From an uncultured Clostridia bacterium (GTDB lineage Bacteria > Bacillota > Clostridia > Christensenellales > UBA1242): a stretch of 64,000 nucleotides of DNA. Numbering within the stretch: position 1 is the stretch's first letter; each line of letters opens with the position of its first letter. A program made the translations under genes and the position numbers. Below are positions 7,905 to 16,542 of this stretch, piece by piece. The notes beneath the pieces were generated by a model. That model searched no databases, was not told the origin of the DNA, and was given only the letters and a program-made list of their open reading frames with translations. The stretch covers positions 3,299 through 67,298 of the forward strand of contig CALWCW010000066.1 in assembly GCA_944376495.1 (NCBI GenBank). Direction: 5' to 3'.

Positions 7905-8231
7905 ATGCCAAGAAGTGAAAGAGCAAAACAATTTGCTCCTTTTGATGCCTTAAAAGGCTTGCATGATGCCTTAAGGCTTAAAGAGTATGAACACGATGCA
8001 GTTCAAAAAGGAGAGATAAGCGAGGAAGAGGCTTTGAAGATTTCAAATACATTGTCTCAAATAAAAAGGGGAGATATTGTTCAAGTGAAATATTATTCAG
8101 ATGGTCACTATCATGACGTAAAAGGAAGATGCGAACTACTTTTGGATGAAAATATTTTGAAATTAGATAAAATAAATATTCCTATAATGGAAATACTTGA
8201 TATTATGTTAATGAAAAATCAACAAGATTAA
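7905..8231 (+). CDS. YolD-like protein (accessory partner of Y-family polymerases in Firmicutes)
   Basis: Motif RAKQFAPFDALKGL. Sits immediately downstream of the polymerase, as in uvrX-yolD pairs. An alternative GTG start at 7890 lies 8 nt after AGGAGG. Confidence 0.7.
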   Translation: MPRSERAKQFAPFDALKGLHDALRLKEYEHDAVQKGEISEEEALKISNTLSQIKRGDIVQVKYYSDGHYHDVKGRCELLLDENILKLDKINIPIMEILDIMLMKNQQD

Positions 8232-8302
8232 TTCTTTTGTTCTTTCTGTAGAATTTAAATACAAAATTAACGATACTTAAAATAAAACTTTAAAACATTT
8301 TC

Positions 8303-8331
8303 TTGACAAAATTAAATATTTGTTAAATAAT
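8303..8331 (+). promoter_or_regulatory. Promoter TTGACA-17-AATAAT, 6 nt before the ATG (leaderless architecture)
   Basis: -35 at 8303-8308 and -10 at 8326-8331. No SD in TATTAC before the ATG at 8338. Confidence 0.55.
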
Positions 8332-8337
8332 TATTAC

Positions 8338-8943
8338 ATGAGCATATTACTTTCTTTTTTAATTGGCTTATCAATGCTTTTTTCTTATTCAGTTGGTGGC
8401 GAAGGGGTGATTATAGCATCACATTGCTATCTTTTTTCATCTCCGTCTTTTGAAAGTGAAAAAATTATGAATGATGATAGCGAACTAATTTTATATCATA
8501 ATGATAAAGTGACTATTTTGCAAGAAGATGGAGATTTTTTACTTATTAGGACTGAAGAATATGATAAAGAAGGTTATGTTTATAAATATTATGTTACGTC
8601 AAATTCTTCGCAAGATGTTTATCCTGTTTTTAATGCGACAATAAGAAATGATACAACCATCTATGATTTAGACCAAAAACCAACCGAATGGACAGCAAAG
8701 GCAGGAAGTCGAGTTTATATCTACGGCGGATTTAATGAAAATGGAATGACCGCTATTCAAGTGGTGCTTGAAGATGGCAGTTTGTATAATGGTCTTGTTA
8801 ATTCTGAAGATTTAAGTCCAGACGGAATAAGTTCGACTTTGATAATAGGTATTTCTGTTATTGCAGCGGCGGTTACAATAATTTTATCAATTGTCTTTTT
8901 GAAAAAGACAAAGAAGAAAAAAGCAAAAAAAATTCAAAATTAA
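8338..8943 (+). CDS. Secreted, C-terminally membrane-anchored protein with SH3b-like repeats (hypothetical)
   Basis: N-terminal signal-like MSILLSFLIGLSMLFSYS. GYVYKYYV-type SH3b signature. C-terminal TM segment plus KKTKKKKAKK tail. I prefer ATG 8338 to the track's TTG 8320. Confidence 0.65.
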   Translation: MSILLSFLIGLSMLFSYSVGGEGVIIASHCYLFSSPSFESEKIMNDDSELILYHNDKVTILQEDGDFLLIRTEEYDKEGYVYKYYVTSNSSQDVYPVFNATIRNDTTIYDLDQKPTEWTAKAGSRVYIYGGFNENGMTAIQVVLEDGSLYNGLVNSEDLSPDGISSTLIIGISVIAAAVTIILSIVFLKKTKKKKAKKIQN

Positions 8944-9032
8944 ATTTAATAACTTTACCATTTAAGAAAAACTTTTTAATTAAACTCAGTTTGATTATTA
9001 TAATTTTTGGCAGTAAATATTGTAATATAAAA

Positions 9033-9063
9033 AACTCTTTAGTAAACTTTGAACTAAGGAGTT
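9033..9063 (+). promoter_or_regulatory. SD-sequestering hairpin ahead of the coiled-coil gene
   Basis: AACTCTTTAG (9033-9042) pairs with CTAAGGAGTT (9054-9063): 10 bp with one G-U pair and an 11-nt loop. The 3' arm contains the AAGGAG SD for the ATG at 9067. Confidence 0.5.
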
Positions 9064-9066
9064 TTT

Positions 9067-10341
9067 ATGAATAACATTTTTAGTGATTTAGAAAAATTAA
9101 AAAGAGAAATATGGCACTTGCGGGAGAGTATAAGGGCACTATCTAGTGTAAATTTAACTTCCTTACAGGCAAAAGTCAATGAACATGACAGCCAATTTCA
9201 GCAATTATCAACGGCTTTAGACTCTCAAAATCAACTTTTGCAATCTACGTCTAATTTAGTCAATTCACATGAAACATCAATTGAAAATTTAAATGAAGAT
9301 TATCAAACACTATCAGGGAATTTGACCTCGCTGGACGGAACGGTATCATCACACACGCAGTCAATTTCAAGCATCAACTCAAGTATTACCGAATTGCAAA
9401 ACAAAGATGACGATATAGATGAAGAACTTGCATTGCATTATTCAAGAATAACAAGTAATACAAATTCAATTAATTCAATAGGCGATGATATTGATAGTTT
9501 ATCAAGTAGTTATAGTCAATTGGTTGAAGCATCTAACACGTTATACAACACTTTAGGAGATTTACAAGATGATGTAGAAGAAAACTTTGGTAATATTACG
9601 ACATTGACTGGGAATATAAGCACCATAAATACTAATTTGCAAACATTGTCGGAAGATTTGACTTCGCTGGATGGAACAGTATCATCACACACGCAGTCAA
9701 TTTCAACCATTAACTCAAGTATTACCGATTTGCAAAATAAAGATGATGATATAGACGAAGAACTAGCGTTGCATTATACCAGAATAACAAGCAATACAAA
9801 CTCCTTCAATTCTTTAAATAGCACGGTGGGTTCTTTAACAAGCAGTTATTCAGAATTGGTTACCGCTGTAAACACTTTAGATTTATCATTAAATAGTGTT
9901 GAAAATTCAATTACTGGCATTGAGGAAGATATAGGCGATATACAAGAGGCTCTTCCAGAAACAATTGTTCTTTATGATAAAGACAGCACCGATTCAAATA
10001 TCAATTTGGGTTATACGAATGGTGCATTAGGAAGAACGACTTTAACTATTGATTTGTCGTCATATGAGAAATTAAGTATTTATGCAAGTTTGAATGGGTT
10101 TTCTGCTCAAACAACTATTTATCTTAAGAATAGAACTCTTACTGACCATGTCATTTTTTCTGCCGCTGATAATTTTACATCACTTCATTTTTTGAAAGTA
10201 AATATTCCATCTTCTTTAGATAAAGTAGAAGTTAAAAATATGGGTGTCTATACTTATGATTCCACTACTGGTAATGTAAGTTTTCAATATTCTTCAAGAA
10301 AAGCAGGATATTTTATTTATAGAATTGAAGGAATGAAATAA
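9067..10341 (+). CDS. Coiled-coil repeat protein with a beta-rich C-terminal domain (tail-fibre-like; hypothetical)
   Basis: 424 aa, S/T/N/L-rich with a heptad-like N-terminal 300 aa. Internal 112-aa duplication. C-terminal 130 aa are rich in aromatic and beta-type residues. No signal peptide. Confidence 0.75.
   Translation: MNNIFSDLEKLKREIWHLRESIRALSSVNLTSLQAKVNEHDSQFQQLSTALDSQNQLLQSTSNLVNSHETSIENLNEDYQTLSGNLTSLDGTVSSHTQSISSINSSITELQNKDDDIDEELALHYSRITSNTNSINSIGDDIDSLSSSYSQLVEASNTLYNTLGDLQDDVEENFGNITTLTGNISTINTNLQTLSEDLTSLDGTVSSHTQSISTINSSITDLQNKDDDIDEELALHYTRITSNTNSFNSLNSTVGSLTSSYSELVTAVNTLDLSLNSVENSITGIEEDIGDIQEALPETIVLYDKDSTDSNINLGYTNGALGRTTLTIDLSSYEKLSIYASLNGFSAQTTIYLKNRTLTDHVIFSAADNFTSLHFLKVNIPSSLDKVEVKNMGVYTYDSTTGNVSFQYSSRKAGYFIYRIEGMK
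9321..9464 (+). repeat. Intragenic direct repeat, unit 1
   Basis: About 90% identical (by eye) to 9657-9800, offset exactly 336 nt (112 codons). Encodes LTSLDGTVSSHTQSIS.INSSIT.LQNKDDDIDEELALHY.RITSNTNS. Confidence 0.9.
9657..9800 (+). repeat. Intragenic direct repeat, unit 2
   Basis: Partner of 9321-9464. Substitutions are spread over all four bases. Confidence 0.9.
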
Positions 10342-10562
10342 TTGTTGATATAATAATAATTTTATTTTAATAAATTCTTAAAAATTATTGAAATTTAATA
10401 TATTTATTTTATTTTTTAATATATTTATTAAATTATTTAATTTAGGTAAAATAATTTATTTTTTAATTTTATTTAGTTAAATTAATTTAATTTTATTTAA
10501 TTATATAATCCCTTTTCTTTTAATTGTTTAGAAAAATTATAAAATTGTTAATTTACTTAATT
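10342..10562. other. A+T-dominated spacer between convergent genes
   Basis: About 220 bp of T/A-rich low-complexity sequence between the stop at 10341 (+) and the stop at 10563 (-). No convincing G/C-containing terminator hairpin. Confidence 0.85.
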
Positions 10563-11483
10563 TTAGTCAAATCGCAATCCTTTTAAAACGGGTTGACGCA
10601 TCCCTCCATCTTTTGTCAACATCATATATTGCACAGTGCAGATTAGATTGGGATTTATCCATATAATGTCCTTATCTTTTAATTGCTCAAATAGTGGTTT
10701 CTTAATTTTATTTATACTAGCAAAGTCTAGTAGTAAGTTTTTTTCTTCTTTTGACATAGTTGCATTTACATTTCCTCTATATTGAAGATTTCCTTGTTTG
10801 TCAAAATCGCCTAAAATTAAATCTTTTATTTTTCCATTGTCATCCAATTTGAATCCGCATACTATAAAATCTTCGTCAAGAAGATTTTTTATTTTTATCC
10901 AATTTTTACTCCGCTTTCCTAGTTCATAAACGGAATCTTTTTTCTTGGCAACAATTCCTTCCAAATTTAATTTTTTTGTTTGATTAAAAAGTTCAATTCC
11001 TTTTTCTTCAATATAACGACTTATGCTCAAAAGTTCGTTTTCTTTAATAGTCTTTTTTAATAATTCTTTTCTTTCAAGCAATGGCTTATTTATGAGTTCT
11101 CTATCTTTTAAAAATAATATGTCGTAAGCAACAAAATGAACTTTTGTTTTTTCGCTTTCAATTTCGATTCGAAATTTATCTGTTAAAAGGCTTCGTTTTT
11201 GTAAGGCAAAAAAATCGGGTGTACCGTTTTTGCTTATAACAACCAGTTCACCATCAATTATACACTTCTCTTTAGCTTGCTTGTGAATATTGTTGAGTTC
11301 GGGATAAACAGAAGTGACGTCTTTATTTCTTTTGTTACGCAAAATGGTTTTATCATTATCTAAATATGCAACGCATCTTATACCATCAAGTTTAAGTTCG
11401 TAAATATAATCTTTGTCATTAAAGGGGAGTTTTTCACTTTCAAGAAGCATCGGTGAAATATTTTTCTTATCAAACAAATTCAT
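10563..11483 (-). CDS. ligD: ATP-dependent DNA ligase (LigD ligase domain only)
   Basis: Adenylation motif YELKLDGIRCVAY (KxDG). 306 aa with no polymerase or nuclease domain. Start lies 1 nt after the ku stop. Confidence 0.85.
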   Translation of the reverse strand: MNLFDKKNISPMLLESEKLPFNDKDYIYELKLDGIRCVAYLDNDKTILRNKRNKDVTSVYPELNNIHKQAKEKCIIDGELVVISKNGTPDFFALQKRSLLTDKFRIEIESEKTKVHFVAYDILFLKDRELINKPLLERKELLKKTIKENELLSISRYIEEKGIELFNQTKKLNLEGIVAKKKDSVYELGKRSKNWIKIKNLLDEDFIVCGFKLDDNGKIKDLILGDFDKQGNLQYRGNVNATMSKEEKNLLLDFASINKIKKPLFEQLKDKDIIWINPNLICTVQYMMLTKDGGMRQPVLKGLRFD

Positions 11484-11484
11484 C

Positions 11485-12276
11485 TTATGCCTTCTTTTTT
11501 ATTTTGACAACTTTATCAAGATTTTGAACCGAAGCCTGTAAAGCATCCATAAGGTCAGTGATTTTAATCGTTTTGTCATCATCAACTTGTTTTATTTGTT
11601 TTCCTTTTGCTTTATCTTTAATAGCCTGTTTGACACGAGCGTTATATTCATCTTTGTAATCAGCGGGGTTAAAATTTCCGCTCATACCTTTTATAATCTC
11701 TTTTGCTAAAGTAACCTCTTGCTTTGAAATATCTTGCTTGATTTCACCTGTTGGACTATGTTGAACTTCTTCATCAAAAAATAATTTGCTTAATAAAAGG
11801 TTGTCATCTCGCACCCAAAGAGCAATTACGCATTCGCTAGACCCTAGCATAGTTTTTGCAATTCCAACTTTATTTTCCTTTTTTAAAACTTCCTTTAAAA
11901 GATAGAAGGCTTTTTCAGCACCCTTACTCTCTGGAACAACATAGTAAGTTTTGTCATAATAAATAGGATTGATTTCTTCAAGCGATACAAATTTGTCAAT
12001 AATAATATTTTTATCTTTTTTGCTTTTAAGCCTTTCAAGTTCTTCATCTTCAAATATAACATATTGCCCTTTTTCTATCTCATATGCTTTCACAATATCT
12101 TCATTTTTTAAAACTTTGTCATTACAATCAACGCAAGTTTTCTTGTATTGGACTCTTGATTTTGTTTTTTTATCAAGCATATTAAATCCTATATCATTGT
12201 TCTTAATGGTATTGTGAAGGGTTATAGGAATATAAACAAGCCCAAAGCCTATTGAAGTCTTGTAACTATAAGCCAT
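11485..12276 (-). CDS. ku: Non-homologous end-joining protein Ku
   Basis: N-terminus MAYSYKTSIGFGLVYIPITLH is typical of bacterial Ku. SD AAAGGAG precedes the ATG at 12276, so the track start 12312 is rejected. Confidence 0.85.
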   Translation of the reverse strand: MAYSYKTSIGFGLVYIPITLHNTIKNNDIGFNMLDKKTKSRVQYKKTCVDCNDKVLKNEDIVKAYEIEKGQYVIFEDEELERLKSKKDKNIIIDKFVSLEEINPIYYDKTYYVVPESKGAEKAFYLLKEVLKKENKVGIAKTMLGSSECVIALWVRDDNLLLSKLFFDEEVQHSPTGEIKQDISKQEVTLAKEIIKGMSGNFNPADYKDEYNARVKQAIKDKAKGKQIKQVDDDKTIKITDLMDALQASVQNLDKVVKIKKKA

Positions 12277-12312
12277 AAAAATCTCCTTTATTTTAGTATG
12301 TCGTTTTAACAA

Positions 12313-12425
12313 ACAATTTAAACATATAAAAATAAAGTTTAAAATTAAATTAAAATAATAAAAATTACAAATAAAATAATAAAAAATTTTTAAAATATAT
12401 AAATAATTTTTAAAAATAGTAAAAA
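12313..12425. other. Almost pure A+T spacer
   Basis: About 110 bp, nearly G/C-free, upstream of ku on the minus strand. Confidence 0.85.
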
Positions 12426-12482
12426 ATAAGTCCCTATTTTAAACCATATGGGTCTTATTGGGACTTATAATATTGAATAATT

Positions 12483-12998
12483 TTATTCTAAAGTTTTTAA
12501 GAATTGTTCATAATGTCTTGATTTTGCTTCAAATATTCCACCAGCAATAGCAGTTGGGATTGCACTTATAGCACATATTGTTGGTGCATTACTTGTGCTA
12601 CTGTTATAGGCTTCAAGAAATTCAGGTTCATAATTTGTTATATAGTCATGGACATCATAGTCTTCGTTCATTACTCTTTTAGATTGTGCATAATATTCAT
12701 CTAAACTAATTTCTTTGTTGTCATATTTTACATCAAGTTCTTCAAGTCTTTGTTCTTTCCATTGCTGATTAAATTCTTCATATCTTGTTTGAGAAATGAC
12801 ATCGTCTTGTTTGACTGATTCATTATAAGCTATAGCCGCTGATGTTCCAAGTAACCCCAACGTGCCTAGCAAAAGAGTTATTCCTAATCCTAAATGTATA
12901 TTTTTAATTAAGGTATAGTTTTTCTTGTCTTTAAGTAATGCTTCATTTTCTTCCATATTTTCTATTTTCTTCTTGTTCATGTAATATCTTAATGTCAT
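12483..12998 (-). CDS. Hypothetical two-TM membrane protein (paralogue of 13016-13711)
   Basis: SD AAAGGAG. One TM segment near residue 35, a Y/Q/N/E-rich middle region and a second hydrophobic segment near the C-terminus. Confidence 0.65.
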   Translation of the reverse strand: MTLRYYMNKKKIENMEENEALLKDKKNYTLIKNIHLGLGITLLLGTLGLLGTSAAIAYNESVKQDDVISQTRYEEFNQQWKEQRLEELDVKYDNKEISLDEYYAQSKRVMNEDYDVHDYITNYEPEFLEAYNSSTSNAPTICAISAIPTAIAGGIFEAKSRHYEQFLKTLE

Positions 12999-13015
12999 TT
13001 AATTCTCCTTTTACT

Positions 13016-13711
13016 TTACTCATTTTTATTTTCGTCTATAGATTGATTTTTGTTTTTATTGCTTTCTTTATCACCAAAGTAATCATCCAAAAAAATATTA
13101 TAAAATTCATCATTTTCATCAATATGTGATGGTGATTTTTCATGAATAAATCCATATTTGTCTTGCTCAAAGAAATCATAGTTTGTTTCATGTTCTTGTC
13201 TTAAAGCGCGGTATTTTTGATATTCTTTTTCAGCACTTGTGCCATAGAAGAAGGTTAGATACAGTGCACAGAAACCTGCTATTGCAACGGCTGATGAAAT
13301 TTTATAGGTTCTTTCGCACTTTAAAATAAGGTTATTGTAATAATCTTGTTGTTCACTTGTTCCGTATGTTGAAATATATCCATCAATACTTGCATCTTGT
13401 ATGTTAGAGGTTTTTGCCTGATATTGCGAATATGAAATTTCACCTTCTTTGTATTGATTGTAAAATTTTTGCGTTTGTTCATTTTTGTAGGCTCGGTTAT
13501 ATTGATAATAGCCTGTTTCGTTTAAAAGTTCATTCCTTTTGTCAGAAAAATTATTAAGGTTAGTGCCAAAAGCATATATTCCACCGACAATACCAATCCA
13601 ACTTAATGCGTGACCAACCAAAAGTGAAATCATTTTTATTTTATTTCTTTTTTCACTTTTGAGTAGTGCTTGGTATTCAAAATCTTGTTTTAATAATTCT
13701 TCTTTTATCAT
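13016..13711 (-). CDS. Hypothetical two-TM membrane protein (paralogue of 12483-12998)
   Basis: ATG at 13711 preceded by AGGAAG. Same TM / Y-Q-N-rich / TM layout plus an acidic, N/K-rich tail. The track extension to 13879 lacks any start signal. Confidence 0.65.
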   Translation of the reverse strand: MIKEELLKQDFEYQALLKSEKRNKIKMISLLVGHALSWIGIVGGIYAFGTNLNNFSDKRNELLNETGYYQYNRAYKNEQTQKFYNQYKEGEISYSQYQAKTSNIQDASIDGYISTYGTSEQQDYYNNLILKCERTYKISSAVAIAGFCALYLTFFYGTSAEKEYQKYRALRQEHETNYDFFEQDKYGFIHEKSPSHIDENDEFYNIFLDDYFGDKESNKNKNQSIDENKNE

Positions 13712-13733
13712 GTTTCTTCCTTTTTGCTCTATA

Positions 13734-13762
13734 ATTTTATCACAGCACAAAAGGATTGTCAA
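13734..13762 (-). promoter_or_regulatory. Promoter TTGACA-17-TAAAAT
   Basis: Minus strand: -35 at 13762-13757 and -10 at 13739-13734. A leader of about 16 nt carries the SD. Confidence 0.55.
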
Positions 13763-13933
13763 TACCCATTTTAATATATTTATTTTGATAATTATATAAA
13801 TTGTTCCTAAAAACGTAAGTGATGATTTTGTAAAAAAGTTTTGTTTTATAATCTTATAATAAAAAAGAAACAGTATCAAATTAACTGTTTCTTCTTGAAT
13901 TATGTAAGATAATTAAAAGTTTTATATTTTTAA

Positions 13934-14476
13934 TTAAAATTCTTCCACAAGAATTTCAAAGTAAGCTTCTGGGTGATTGCAAACAGGGCAAACTTTAGGT
14001 GGTTCGTTTCCTACGTAAACATGTCCACAATTTCTGCAAACCCAAATTTTCTTATCTGTTTTTTTGAATACTTTGCCTTCTCTTACAAGCTGTGCAAGTT
14101 TATTATATCTTTCCTCATGGCGTTTTTCAATTTCACCAACAGCTGCGAATTTATATGCAATGTCATCGAACCCTTCTTCTTTTGCCTCTTGAGCCATTCT
14201 TGCATACATATCAGTCCATTCGCCATGTTCACCAGCAGCAGCATCAACTAAATTTTCAAGTGTTGAAGGAACGTCGCCTCCATGAAGTTCTTTGAACCAC
14301 ATTTTTGCGTGTTCTTTTTCATTATTAGCAGTTTCTTCAAAAATTGCTGCTATTTGTTCATAACCATCTTTTTTTGCTTTTGAAGCATAATATGTATATT
14401 TATTTCTTGCTTGGCTTTCACCAGCAAATGCTTCCATTAAATTTTTTTCTGTTTTAGTCCCTTTTAAGTCTTTCAT
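13934..14476 (-). CDS. rbr: Rubrerythrin
   Basis: Ferritin-like diiron N-domain (EAFAGESQARNKY..., ...EKEHAKMW) plus C-terminal rubredoxin-like CRNCGH...CPVCNHP. Confidence 0.9.
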   Translation of the reverse strand: MKDLKGTKTEKNLMEAFAGESQARNKYTYYASKAKKDGYEQIAAIFEETANNEKEHAKMWFKELHGGDVPSTLENLVDAAAGEHGEWTDMYARMAQEAKEEGFDDIAYKFAAVGEIEKRHEERYNKLAQLVREGKVFKKTDKKIWVCRNCGHVYVGNEPPKVCPVCNHPEAYFEILVEEF

Positions 14477-14721
14477 TTCTTTACCTCCGAGAGTGATTAT
14501 AGCATAAATTTGTGTTTTGACAAAGTAAAATTATGTTTATTAATAAGGATTTTTATTAAAAATTAAATCAATCCTTAGTTAATTCAAAAATTACTTGAAA
14601 ATTAAATCTTATTGTTGTAGAATAAATTAGATTAATCTATAAGTGGGAATTTATTATGTTAATCTAATATAGTAACTATTTTTATAGTTATAATACATAA
14701 TAAATATGAAAAGAGGGGATT

Positions 14722-15723
14722 ATGATAAAATCAATTTATAAAAAAATATTTAAACTGGCTGACAAAAATATTGTAAAAAAATGTTTAAAGACAAACTACA
14801 AAATATCAAAATTTGTGACAGATAAAGTTGATTTTGTTTATGGTAAGGACATTAAACGAAATCGCTTTGATTTATATTATCCTAAAAATAACAATCAAAA
14901 ATTGCCGACAATTTTAAATGTTCATGGTGGAGGTTATGTTGCAGGGTCAAAAGAGAATGAGATTGAATATTGTTGCAAACTTGCCGAACTTGGCTTCTGC
15001 GTAATTAATATGGAATATACCTTATCTGAACAAGAGGGATTTCCAAAACCTGTTTATGAAGTTTTTGACCTATTTAATTATATTGAAAATAATAATGAGA
15101 TAAGTTCTCATATTGACTATGACAAATTTTTTCTTGCTGGAGATAGTGCGGGAGGCCATATTGTTAGTTCGGTTGCTAATATACAATGTAACGATGAGAT
15201 AAAAAAATGCTTCGGAGTGGAAGGAGGACCAGAAATAAAAGGACTTATTTTAAATAGTCCAGTTTTTGGTGCTTTTAGGTTTGGAAATCTTCCATTCATT
15301 AAAAGAGATTTTGAAAAAATTGTTTTTGGAAAGTATGTTGGAAGCGAGTTGCAAAACTATTGTCATAACCTAGATATTCTTACAGATAAGTTTCCTCCTG
15401 TAATAATATTTTCTGCTAGCAATGACTTTATTAAAATTCATGCTAATATGTTTTGTAAAAAGGCGAAGGAACTAGGACTTAATGTTCAAAGTTATACCTT
15501 TGTAACTGGAAAACATTTAGGTCATGATTTTGTAATTTACAATTTAAGCGATAAAGAAGGAATTTTTGCTTTAGAAAAAATTAAAACTTTTGTAAATGAT
15601 GTTATTGATGGAAATTTAAAGCAAGGTGTGTTTTGTGAAAAAATCAATTTATCTAAAGTGGAAAGATTAGAGAAAAGAAATAAAAAAAGAGAGGATAAAA
15701 ATTTTTCAGAAAAAGAGGATTAG
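14722..15723 (+). CDS. Alpha/beta hydrolase (esterase/lipase, HSL-type)
   Basis: Oxyanion HGGGY and nucleophile elbow GDSAGG. K/E-rich C-terminal tail. Confidence 0.8.
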   Translation: MIKSIYKKIFKLADKNIVKKCLKTNYKISKFVTDKVDFVYGKDIKRNRFDLYYPKNNNQKLPTILNVHGGGYVAGSKENEIEYCCKLAELGFCVINMEYTLSEQEGFPKPVYEVFDLFNYIENNNEISSHIDYDKFFLAGDSAGGHIVSSVANIQCNDEIKKCFGVEGGPEIKGLILNSPVFGAFRFGNLPFIKRDFEKIVFGKYVGSELQNYCHNLDILTDKFPPVIIFSASNDFIKIHANMFCKKAKELGLNVQSYTFVTGKHLGHDFVIYNLSDKEGIFALEKIKTFVNDVIDGNLKQGVFCEKINLSKVERLEKRNKKREDKNFSEKED

Positions 15724-15822
15724 TAAAAAAAAATGTTTATTTATATTTTAAACGTTAATGATTTTTTATTTGTTTTTTAATTAAAAGTTAAAATATCAAA
15801 TCAAAGACTTGTTTATTAATCT

Positions 15823-16542
15823 TTATTTTATAAGGGCTAAAATGTTTTTAAATTTTTGTTTATCTTGTTTTTTATATGTTATATAAAAATTCATTGTCGC
15901 ATCATCATCAAGAATTGGCAAACTTATTCTATTAATTTCCGCACGAACTGGTAAAGTCAAGTTTGTTGAAAAATTAGGAATGGTTGAAGCATTTATAATT
16001 TCGTATAGGTTTTCCATTGCTTGAGGGAAAAATTTAGATTTAGGGAGATTTTTGGCTACGATTTTGTCCCAAATTCCTAAATTTTCAGCCACCAAAAAAG
16101 ATTGTCCATCAATTTCTTTAAAATGAACACCATTTTTCATCCCAGATAAAAAATGCGATTTAGGAATTGTTATGTATAAATTTTCTGTAAAAGCAAATTT
16201 TGATTCAAGTGTAGGGTCTAAAACTTCATTAGAAGTAAAGATAAAATCATAATTGTTATTTTTTAGTCCATAAATTAAATCATTTTCTTCTTCAATCTTA
16301 CTTTTAATTGTCTTAACGGGAAACATTGAATAAAAAAGGTTGCCATATTTAATCATTGGTCCTGGTGCAACTGAACCAATTGATAAATTCGTCTTTTGAT
16401 TATAAAAAGCAATTACTCTTTCACGCATATATTCTTCAGCATCAATAACATTAATGGCTTGGCGGACAAGTTCATGCCCGACATCGTTTAAAGATAATTT
16501 ATTTTTTGTTCTGTCAAAAATAGGAACGGAAATATGAAGTTT
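15823..16542 (-). pseudogene. LysR-family regulator, 5'-truncated (HTH lost)
   Basis: The substrate-binding domain is intact. The frame stays open upstream of the track start and reads ...[26 protein letters not shown], the end of a LysR HTH/linker. It then hits a stop at 16549-16551 with no start codon. Confidence 0.75.

Noticed and set aside
9321-9800. Internal repeat pair considered as the template/variable repeats of a diversity-generating retroelement.
   Set aside because: Differences between the copies affect all four bases rather than being adenine-specific. Both copies are in the same ORF and frame, and no reverse transcriptase is nearby. This is an ordinary in-frame duplication.
12294-12300. 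CATACTA on the minus strand upstream of ku, which matches the sigma-G-type -10 consensus (ku is forespore-expressed in B. subtilis).
   Set aside because: It ends only about 5 nt before the SD, so the predicted start would fall inside the SD. No acceptable -35 (G-H-A-T-R) lies at 17-18 nt. This is too weak to call.
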